A stretch of DNA of 63,356 bases, filler included. It is 5 parts of 5 records of this genome, joined end to end, with 100 filler letters (N's around TTAATTAATTAA, not from the genome) between each part and the next. Parts side by side here need not be neighbours in the genome. Positions count along the whole stretch, not along the records: positions 1 to 25,455 come from SRR31156797_1983; positions 25,556 to 41,988 come from SRR31156797_1998; 3 more parts are not named here. One strand, given 5' to 3'. The notes under the pieces are model-generated. The model was not told where the DNA came from, searched no databases, and saw only the letters and a list, made by a program, of their open reading frames with translations. The translations under genes were made by a program, and so were the position numbers. Each line of letters opens with the position of its first letter. The first letter of the stretch is position 1. Positions 19,401 to 27,162 of the stretch are shown here, piece after piece.

Positions 19401-19542
19401 TTATTCTACCATCAATATCAGCATCTTTGTCTTTTACATGAGTTGAATAATCATTAAACAAAAAATAGTTTTCAGGAAATGTCCTTAAGAGTATTTTTAC
19501 TCCTTTTTCTTCAGTTGTATCTTGAAGTGTAAATTGTGACAT
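16471..19542 (-). CDS. DUF4365-like PD-(D/E)XK nuclease fused to a long helical-repeat region; putative anti-phage protein
   Basis: TEEKG...DADIDGRI...YQLKS nuclease motif; about 750 aa predicted all-alpha; C-terminal GAVQGEYGFV...W...FLDDRIKSE. Confidence 0.75.
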   Translation of the reverse strand: MSQFTLQDTTEEKGVKILLRTFPENYFLFNDYSTHVKDKDADIDGRIRLRDGVSTYLNLYLHYQLKSHSKIRSVKKYFVNRKILDFLISTNVPTVFFVVNTTTEKVYWLFISESIKKTLRLSKDNKGRSFDLSKNEVAGNFAQINFKWQKFAQKDDFGLISRKLDNVTSKYERDLSDCIGLIYLFGLLKKEKSVLYFSKLLGADNTKVNLYINALVEENIISSTENYYLIDNDKLGIEAIFQLMDSPSFKFDKIDRILDFDEKRRAFRQLVKIEHDKIKIYFKEYIQDFISNYENYDDNDTIIEQLNLIQEFIHITPEPGIELIKKIISSKIIAPVKSTKMLAWEISGKSHDDLLIKAIDMMKHLRYFNIQYSIQQLLNFSINENESIKGIALETIHLLSEYNHRVVREIGYYPQDDIINILVDFSDDDIKVYLEPLLLIIEELLSISFNSLEMTSYNTVMSIRGYIEPNETVIAIRNKAINFLFKLYNLFNDLKTKRIILEKLHEVPQLVETNENIKSMVINDTIKILDFYISYFDLEQNEVIQIIEKQLLYIEKVLPKNNPQLLKVKSLITKNSDYNFFKVLVGYEYHYDKDLTYQEIQDDRKSRIKGIINQIDDNSYNLWMRKLLPIVTNYPENNDPGKYQFLNIFLTELGKEKPTIALKIINEHSILFKPFLVFLISGIWKSSSNNLAIKTINKWIDNNQFLDICASVFFYVDEIDETLIQKIYDRLRFTNYIDALSLLIKSIWYNKINTKKQKTILIASIKLLTKYKSFLWIENLSLHDTKIYDSFKENEYITILNNLIIKPRLGHGLEIFLSTVANKFPLRIIKFFQKRISYEIADEKRYLYSDVPHNFRKLNSTLNKYKSLVFPELLTWFKKKNYLYSFEAGHLISVIFSLKDIDDNLIELIKSKEKNNIEIVLRVFKSYEPHFSLDSKAVQTMIRFMPEYHSRLFLNLSSGGAVQGEYGFVKQLKTKKQVINNWKKDKRKYIRDFVDDYIAFLDDRIKSEQKKADEFIAIRKHDF

Positions 19543-19566
19543 TAAATTCTCAACTTTATTTCGTTA

Positions 19567-19594
19567 GCATTACATAACGTGACTTATCCAATAA
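19567..19594 (-). other. dif-like (XerC/D-type) site
   Basis: Minus strand TTATTGGATAA-GTCACG-TTATGTAATGC: 11-6-11 layout with TAA-N6-TTATGT core. Confidence 0.5.
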
Positions 19595-19839
19595 AAAATG
19601 TATAATTCGTAATAACTCTAAAATTTAGAAACTGGAATTAACTTATACAAGTGATTGTTTTGTGACTACTTTACCCGAGCATGTAGCATGAATAGTCACG
19701 ATAATTGAATGGAACTCATTAGTATTTGTGTATTAAGTTGCGAGTTAACCTGTCGCTTGTCATATTTTGCATTTATCAATAAATTGTTTTATATTAAAAT
19801 AATTTAGTAAACAAGATATAACCAAAAGAAAGATATAAC

Positions 19840-20676
19840 ATGTATAATGTATATTTGGACGATACATATATAAAGAGCGATAATGAAAACACACCGCTAA
19901 TTAATGCATTAGGCGGAATAATTATAGATGATGAAGAAGAAAATAAATTAATTGAAATAATGAAATCTGAGAAAGCAAAATATACTAATCCTAATATGCC
20001 CATTAAATGGAATTTTAAAGATAGTAAAATAAAAAGTACCTTTAATGAATTTGGGCTTGATAATGAATATAAGAAAATGTTACAATCTTCAAGGGTTATT
20101 CGTCTTAATATTTTACGTAAAAGTCTAGATGTTAATTATAAAATTATTTTTTCTTCAATTAAGTCATTTTCTGATAATAAAAAAGTAATACTCAAGAAGA
20201 AAAATGAGTTTTCGCAAATACTTTTAGAAAACTTACTCTTTAGGGTAGGAAATGATGCAAAATACTCAGATCAAAAATATCAAATTATAATGGATTGGCC
20301 GCCAGATAGTAATCCCAAACCTTATAATAGATCATTTTATTACCTATTAAATTCAGATAGAACGATTACCTATAATAAAAACTATTGCTGGCCACACTGT
20401 GCAGAAAAATTAAAAAGTTCAATATTTTTCTGTAATTGTTCGCACTCACCCTGCCTTCAATTCTCTGATTTAATTGTGGGCGCTTTAAAGGACTTTATTG
20501 AAATGTCTCTGCAAAATACCAGAAAAAGCTGTGTTGGGAAAGAGGCTTATAAAATCATCGAGGGTAAAATAAGAAATAACTCAAGCAAGAATAAATTGGG
20601 GTATGGTATTATTGTTCCCTCTGGAAATACTGATTATAAAAGAGAGATAACAGAAATATTTGATCCAATTGATTAA
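19840..20676 (+). CDS. DUF3800-family protein
   Basis: VYLDDT...ALGGII...IKW...LQFSDLIVG; own promoter TTGCAT-17-TATATT at 19767-19795. Confidence 0.78.
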   Translation: MYNVYLDDTYIKSDNENTPLINALGGIIIDDEEENKLIEIMKSEKAKYTNPNMPIKWNFKDSKIKSTFNEFGLDNEYKKMLQSSRVIRLNILRKSLDVNYKIIFSSIKSFSDNKKVILKKKNEFSQILLENLLFRVGNDAKYSDQKYQIIMDWPPDSNPKPYNRSFYYLLNSDRTITYNKNYCWPHCAEKLKSSIFFCNCSHSPCLQFSDLIVGALKDFIEMSLQNTRKSCVGKEAYKIIEGKIRNNSSKNKLGYGIIVPSGNTDYKREITEIFDPID

Positions 20677-20722
20677 TCACTTTAATAATTATCTGAAATA
20701 ATTATCATCTTTGTTGGATAAG

Positions 20723-20760
20723 TTGAAATTATTATTTAATATTTGTCATAATTTGACAAA
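20723..20760 (+). promoter_or_regulatory. R-M operon promoter with palindromic operator
   Basis: TTGAAA at 20723, extended -10 TGTCATAAT, overlapped by TTTGTCA-TAATT-TGACAAA (20742-20760). Confidence 0.65.
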
Positions 20761-20772
20761 ATTAAGGATAAC

Positions 20773-22104
20773 ATGAATTCAATAGGTACTTTTTTACGAG
20801 AAACACGTGAAAATATGGTTATGCACCTGCATGATGTGCATGTAAAAACGAGCATTGATCTCTCTGTTTTAAGCAGAATTGAAAATGGGAAACGCTTACC
20901 TACAAAATCCCAATTACTCCAATTAGCAAAAATATATAATTGCGACTCACATAAACTACTTGTACACTGGCTAAGTGACAAAGTTGCCTTAGAAGTAAAA
21001 GACGAGGAGTTTGGTCTTGAAGCCCTTCAAATTGCTGAAGAAAAAATATTATACGGTAAACCAACATCCCTTATACCGATGCTTCAAACTGAAAATTATA
21101 TTAATCTTGAGAGCAGACGATACATTGGAAGTAAAGCTAAACTTACATCGTGGATAATTGAAACAATATTAAAAGAAACCGGCAATGCTAAAACCTTTAT
21201 TGACTTATTCGCCGGTACTGCAACTGTAGCAAAGGCTGCATCAAATTATTTCCCCAATATTATCATAAACGATATTTTACATGCAAACCATATAATATAT
21301 AATGCCTATTTTAAAGATAGCTCTTGGGATAAAGTTAAGCTTGAAAAGATAATTAATTATTATAACAACCTACCTTTAGGATCAATAAAATCCAACTATT
21401 TTTCAAAAAACTATGGTGATAAATTCTTTCAAAAAGATATTGCAAAAACTATTGGTTTTATAAGGGAGGATATTGAGAGAGAAAAGGATAAATTAACAAA
21501 AAAAGAATATTCTATATTACTTGCATCTTTAATATATAGCATAGATAAAATCGCTAATACAGTTGGTCATTATGACGCATATATTAAAAAGCCCATCAAG
21601 TACAGGGAATTTAACTTAAGATTAATCAATCCTTTTAATATTCGTAATGTTAAAATCTTTCAAGAAGATGCCAATATGTTAGTGAAGAAGATTAAGGGAG
21701 ATATTGTTTATATTGATCCACCTTATAACTCAAGGCAATATAGTAGATTTTATCACCTATATGAAAATCTTGTTAAATGGGATAAACCAAAATTATATGG
21801 TGTTGCATTAAAACCGGAACCAGAAAACATGAGCACCTATTGTACTGTTAAGGCTGAAAATGCTTTTAAAAATCTAATTGATAATCTAGCTGTTAAATAC
21901 ATTGTTGTTTCTTATAATAACACTTATAATTCAAAGAGTAGCTCATCAAAGAATAAAATTGAACTGTCTGCTATAAAAGAAATTTTAAATACACGCGGAA
22001 AAACTAAAGTATTTGAAAGTAGTCACAGATACTTTAATTCTGGGAAAACCGAATTTAATAACCACAAAGAACTCTTATTTATAACTAAAGTAAATGAAAA
22101 ATGA
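20773..22104 (+). CDS. XRE-HTH fused adenine DNA methyltransferase (Type IIS M1)
   Basis: N-terminal HTH (LSVLSRIENGKRLP), RRYIGSKAKL, DLFAGT, YIDPPYN. Confidence 0.92.
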   Translation: MNSIGTFLRETRENMVMHLHDVHVKTSIDLSVLSRIENGKRLPTKSQLLQLAKIYNCDSHKLLVHWLSDKVALEVKDEEFGLEALQIAEEKILYGKPTSLIPMLQTENYINLESRRYIGSKAKLTSWIIETILKETGNAKTFIDLFAGTATVAKAASNYFPNIIINDILHANHIIYNAYFKDSSWDKVKLEKIINYYNNLPLGSIKSNYFSKNYGDKFFQKDIAKTIGFIREDIEREKDKLTKKEYSILLASLIYSIDKIANTVGHYDAYIKKPIKYREFNLRLINPFNIRNVKIFQEDANMLVKKIKGDIVYIDPPYNSRQYSRFYHLYENLVKWDKPKLYGVALKPEPENMSTYCTVKAENAFKNLIDNLAVKYIVVSYNNTYNSKSSSSKNKIELSAIKEILNTRGKTKVFESSHRYFNSGKTEFNNHKELLFITKVNEK

Positions 22105-23020
22105 TATTGTCAGATCGCCATTATTCTATGTTGGTGATAAATATAAATTGATTAAAAGCATAAAACCGTGCTTCCCTAAAAACATTAACAGATATATTGA
22201 ACCTCTTACGGGCGGTGGATCAACATTTCTTAATGTTTCCGCAAGAGAATATTTATTAAATGACATCAATGAAATGGTTTATAAATTACATTTATTCTTA
22301 ATAAACCATGCGGATGAACCAGAGTTATTTTTTAATAGGGTTAATTCTATTATAGAAAAGTATAATCTATCCCGTTCTTATAAAGAAGATATTGTTCCGA
22401 TTGAATTAAAGAAAAAATATCTAAAGACCTATTATGCTAAATTTAATAAAGATGGTTTCGCGAAATTGCGATCTAATTTTAACAGAGAAGATAAAACTGA
22501 TTTATATAAGTTTTATGTATTATTAATTTACGGTTTTAACAGAATGATACGTTTTAATCAATCCGGTGATTACAACTTGCCTGTTGGAAATGTAGATTTT
22601 AACACTAACGTAGTTAATGCATTAAACAATTATTTTGATAGAGTTCAAAACAGAAATATAAGTTGGTATAATTTAGACTATGTGAAATTTATTGAAAAAG
22701 TTTCACCTCAGAAGGGTGACTTTATTTACTTTGATCCTCCGTATCTATTAACATTTAGTGAATATAATAAGCTTTGGAATGAAGAAAAAGAAGAAGAATT
22801 AATTGAGATGCTTGATGAACTCAATAGAAAGAGTGTGAAATTTGCTGTCTCAAATGTTGTACTTTATAAAAATAATGAAAACAAAATCTTTAATAACTGG
22901 TCGAAAAAGTATAATGTAATACCAATAAAAAGCAACTATATTAGTTATCATGATAATAGTATTAAGAAGTTTAAAGAAGTACTCGTGATTAATTATGAGC
23001 CAGAGACCAAAACAGTATAA
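22094..23020 (+). CDS. Dam-family adenine DNA methyltransferase (Type IIS M2)
   Basis: SPLFYVGDKYKL, IEPLTGGGS, YFDPPY, KEVLVINY. Confidence 0.92.
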   Translation: MKNDIVRSPLFYVGDKYKLIKSIKPCFPKNINRYIEPLTGGGSTFLNVSAREYLLNDINEMVYKLHLFLINHADEPELFFNRVNSIIEKYNLSRSYKEDIVPIELKKKYLKTYYAKFNKDGFAKLRSNFNREDKTDLYKFYVLLIYGFNRMIRFNQSGDYNLPVGNVDFNTNVVNALNNYFDRVQNRNISWYNLDYVKFIEKVSPQKGDFIYFDPPYLLTFSEYNKLWNEEKEEELIEMLDELNRKSVKFAVSNVVLYKNNENKIFNNWSKKYNVIPIKSNYISYHDNSIKKFKEVLVINYEPETKTV

Positions 23021-24584
23021 GCCCCTTTTATTTACAACTACGATGAGAAATCCGGTAAGGATGAAAGGCTTACTAAATATCTTAAGTAAGTTCGATGGCC
23101 AGATCTTGACAAATGAATTAGCAGTTGAAATAATGGGGGAAGTTATTCGTTATGGTTTATATCGACCTACAAAAAAGATTACGACTAGTATATTAACCAA
23201 GTGGGGCGGTTCTAGAATTTCTAAAAAAGCACCAATTGGAATAGAATTATTAAATGATTCGGAAGTAAAAGCTCTACTGGAGAATAATCCACAAAAACAT
23301 AAAGAGGCTGGTTTTAATCATGGGTGGGCATCACGATTCGCAACTGAATTTGATTTTCCTAAAGAGCTAGGATTTGTTTATTATAAGATTGGCGAATATA
23401 TCCAGTTTTCCAAACTTGGAGTAAAGCTGGCCCAATCAGTATCAATAGAAATAGACAATAACTATATAAATTATTTTGAAGTAAATCCCGAAGTAGAACA
23501 ACAGGTGTTTCTTCATGCATTGGCAAAATATCAAAGAAACAACCCTTTTGTTAGAGTTCTTAATGAGAATGTACCACTTGTTCTTTTACTCCAGGTTATC
23601 ACGTTAATAAATAATGATCCAACTTTTAATAAATGTGGTATATCAACAAATGAGCTTCCATTATTGATATTTTGGAAAAACAATAATGCAAATGAATTAT
23701 ATAGAAAAATAAAGAAGTTAAGACAAGAATATCGTTACAAGCCCAGCCCAGAGGTGATAATTGATATTTGTTTAAAAGAAATTATGCAGGATAATTTCAA
23801 GAAGTTTAATCCAAAATCAATTATGAGAGAATACCCCGATGATTTTATTCGAAAAATGAGGTTAACTGGTTTAATTTCACTTAGAGGGGCGGGACGTTTC
23901 ATAGATATAAATAATAATGAAATTGATAAAATTAATTATATTCTCGAAAATTACGTTACTTATCCAAAATTCGATAATGAATACGATTATTATTCCTATA
24001 TGTCATCAATTGATGATAAGCTATTTTCCATTAGTACTTTTACACCTACCAGAAAACAGGATGCACAGCTTAAAAAGTGGTTAAAAATATATGCCTGGGA
24101 TAGTATCAAACACGAGTTAGGGATTTTATCAGACAGAACAGAATCGAAAGATAGCATATTAAAGTACTTGACATTTCCAACAAGATTAGAATTTCTTATA
24201 GCCCTTGCAATTAAATCGAAATTACCCAATGTAGTCGTTGTCCCAAATTATCCATGTGACGATGAGGGTATTCCTACCTCAACCGCAACTGGGAATAAAG
24301 GTGATATTGAGTGTATAGAAAATGAAAATGGCGTATTAATAGAGGTGACTATGTCGGGCGGACGAATGCAGACAATAATGGAGGTATGGCCAATTACACG
24401 GCATCTTGAGAATTATAGTGAAAAACATGTTAATTCTATGTGTTATTTTATTGCGCCAAGTATATATATTGATAGTAGAAGACAAATTGATTTTGTAAAA
24501 AAAGAAGAAAATCTGCTTATAGAGCCATATACAATTAATGAATTTATAACCTATCTCGAAAACACAAAATTCTTGTATCAATAA
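22995..24584 (+). CDS. AlwI-family Type IIS restriction endonuclease
   Basis: LLFTTTMRNP N-terminus; C-terminal DDEGIP...GDIE...IEVT...Q...E...PITRH; paired MTases upstream. Confidence 0.85.
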   Translation: MSQRPKQYKPLLFTTTMRNPVRMKGLLNILSKFDGQILTNELAVEIMGEVIRYGLYRPTKKITTSILTKWGGSRISKKAPIGIELLNDSEVKALLENNPQKHKEAGFNHGWASRFATEFDFPKELGFVYYKIGEYIQFSKLGVKLAQSVSIEIDNNYINYFEVNPEVEQQVFLHALAKYQRNNPFVRVLNENVPLVLLLQVITLINNDPTFNKCGISTNELPLLIFWKNNNANELYRKIKKLRQEYRYKPSPEVIIDICLKEIMQDNFKKFNPKSIMREYPDDFIRKMRLTGLISLRGAGRFIDINNNEIDKINYILENYVTYPKFDNEYDYYSYMSSIDDKLFSISTFTPTRKQDAQLKKWLKIYAWDSIKHELGILSDRTESKDSILKYLTFPTRLEFLIALAIKSKLPNVVVVPNYPCDDEGIPTSTATGNKGDIECIENENGVLIEVTMSGGRMQTIMEVWPITRHLENYSEKHVNSMCYFIAPSIYIDSRRQIDFVKKEENLLIEPYTINEFITYLENTKFLYQ

Positions 24585-24606
24585 TATATTTACAAAGTAT
24601 AGTTTC

Positions 24607-25356
24607 GTGGAACTTATTGAAAGAAAAATCAATTGCAGAAAATTAAACAGATACAAAGATTCTAATCGTATCTCTCCCTTTACCATTGCAATCTATAAAT
24701 TTAATTATAATACAAACAAAAATGATAGACTACTTTTAGATAGATTGTTTCAGAGTGGAGTAAGGCTTGCAGAGAAAGTTAATCCCGCAGCAGCAAATAT
24801 GTCCACTCGCAACCGAGAACGTATTCGAATTATTAATAATGCAACTGCCGGTGTGTTATCAGAATATTGTTGGAAAAAATATATAAATGAACGGGCTAAT
24901 AGTTTAATTGTTGATTTCACTCGATTCAATAGTGCAAACTCACAAATAGACCTAATAGTCCTCAAGAATAACAAACTTATTGAGGTCCGATCTTCTTTCC
25001 CAAGAAATGGTATTGACTTTGCCATATGTAGCCGTAGCTATGAATTTGATATTCTCGGACCATATTCAAATAAAATAAAGCCTAGTGAGATTCAAAAAGA
25101 TTATTATGTCAGAACTCTATTTCATATTCCAAATAATGAAACACTTATTGGTATTGCAAAAAAGAACAATTTTGAAGTGTTCTTGACGGGTGGTGCAACT
25201 TGGGATATGATGAATGATAGTGAAATATCTAAAGATAAAGATTTATTGCCTGATGATTATGTAGCTCGAATTCAGGAAGAAAAATCATCCTATAGAGTTG
25301 TTCCGTTCAGTAAAGCTCTTGATACTATCGAAATATTTAATCTCATTGTTAAATGA
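24607..25356 (+). CDS. Putative PD-(D/E)XK restriction-like nuclease
   Basis: GVLSE...QIDL...IEVRSS resembles the E-D-ExK catalytic motif. Confidence 0.55.
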   Translation: MELIERKINCRKLNRYKDSNRISPFTIAIYKFNYNTNKNDRLLLDRLFQSGVRLAEKVNPAAANMSTRNRERIRIINNATAGVLSEYCWKKYINERANSLIVDFTRFNSANSQIDLIVLKNNKLIEVRSSFPRNGIDFAICSRSYEFDILGPYSNKIKPSEIQKDYYVRTLFHIPNNETLIGIAKKNNFEVFLTGGATWDMMNDSEISKDKDLLPDDYVARIQEEKSSYRVVPFSKALDTIEIFNLIVK

Positions 25357-25455
25357 ACAAGCTAGACTTTTTATTTGTAATTTAGCAAAAAACATAATAA
25401 AATATAGTGCATTAAGAACCCTTAGTTGGGTGCCAACCGAGTTGAAACACCACGG

Positions 25456-25555
25456 NNNNNNNNNNNNNNNNNNNNNNNNNNNNNNNNNNNNNNNNNNNNT
25501 TAATTAATTAANNNNNNNNNNNNNNNNNNNNNNNNNNNNNNNNNNNNNNNNNNNN
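25456..25555. other. Artificial contig linker
   Basis: N-run, TTAATTAATTAA (stops in all six frames), N-run. Confidence 0.99.
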
Positions 25556-26779
25556 ATCATCGGCATCAACAACAGTTCCTTCACGTGATTTCATTTTACC
25601 CTCAGGCAATTCAACCATACCATAAGATAAGTGCTGAATTTTATCGTGCCACTCGTAACCAAGTTTACCCATGATTAATGATAATACCTGAAAGTGGTAA
25701 TTTTGCTCGTTACCTACAACGTAAATGTGTTCATCTATATTGAATTCATCGAAACGCTCGTAAGCGGTTCCAATATCCTGAGTCATGTATACCGAAGTTC
25801 CATCGTCACGAAGTAATAATTTGTGATCTAAACCGTCAGCTTCCAAGTTAGCCCAAACTGATCCAGTATCTTTCTGATACAAAACACCATCAGACAATCC
25901 TTTTTCTACAATTGCTTTACCTTGCTTATATGTATTCGATTCGAAATAAACTTTATCGAAATCAACACCCATTTTTTTGTAAGTGATTTGAAATCCTGCT
26001 AAAACCCAATCGTTCATCTTACGCCACAAAGCAACAGTTTCTTCATCTCCTGCTTCCCATTTACGTAACATTTCCTGAGCTTCTAACAATAAAGGAGCTT
26101 GTTTTTTAGCCTCGTCTGCTTCCATTCCGTTAGCAACCAAAGTTTCAATTTCCTTTTTGTATTCCTGATCGAATTTCACATAGTATTTTCCAACCAAGTG
26201 ATCCCCTTTCATGTTTGTTGATTCAGGAGTTTCACCTTCACCAAATCTCAGCCATGCCAACATCGATTTACAGATATGAATACCACGGTCGTTTACCAAG
26301 TTCACCTTGATTACTTCGTAACCATTAGCTTTTAGGATCTGTGCAACCGAATAACCTAACAGGTTGTTACGGATGTGTCCCAGGTGAAGTGGTTTATTGG
26401 TATTCGGTGAAGAATACTCAATCATCACCTTCTTAGCACCTTCCGCTAAAGGAGTAAATCCATAGTTCTCTGTTTTAAGGGCTGAATTTAAAACTGAAAT
26501 CCAATATGAGTTATCAATAACCAAATTAAGGAATCCCTTCACAACATTAAATGCTGAAACAGATTCGATATTTTGAGTCAAAAACTCACCAAGATCATTT
26601 GCTGTTTGCTCCGGTGACTTTTTAGAAAAGCGCAAGAAAGGAAAAACAACAACTGTTAAATCTCCTTCAAATTCACGCCTTGTTTTCTGAATTTGTACCG
26701 TTTTCTCCTCAATATCCTGACCGTAACAATTTTTTACGGCTTCAATAACTTTGCTTTTTATTAAACTTTCAATGCTCAT
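25556..26779 (-). CDS. argS: Arginyl-tRNA synthetase (3' truncated)
   Basis: IEYSSPNTNKPLHLGH (HIGH) and GKMKSREG. Confidence 0.97.
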
Positions 26780-27162
26780 TTGGAAATTCTGTATTTCGAA
26801 TTTTAATTCTTTACTTTTAGGTAATAATTTATTCTAATCTTTACTAAATCATATGATCAGGTTCTAAATTAGAATAAGTCCCTCAATCTGAATTCGCAAA
26901 GATAATAGGAATAAAATGAATTGCTATCCATAAATTAAAAAAAGTCATTCACACGCCGCTTAACTCAGTCTCTCAAAAACAAGACAATAATTAAGATAAT
27001 AATGATTAACATTATTTATATTTGAACAAAACAATATTGCCCTAAAAAGATCGTTGTACTTATTTAAAATTGATTAATTTCAATTGTACTCTGTGCTTAA
27101 ATTACAAGCACTTTTTTATAACATTGCGAAAGTATCTGAACATTCAACATGCCCCTTTTAGA

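Larger units (their letters stand above)
156..25455. mobile_element. tRNA-Leu-integrated genomic island (satellite/IME-like) with defence cargo; right end not in contig
   Basis: Integrase and xis next to tRNA 3' end, repressor, primase-helicase with iterons, RadC/DUF932, R-M and nuclease cargo, no housekeeping genes. Confidence 0.88.

Noticed and set aside
19562-19579. CGTTA-N8-TAACG as an integron cassette boundary
   Set aside because: No attC-like structure at the 3' end of the adjacent gene and no recognisable IntI; the dif-like reading fits better.
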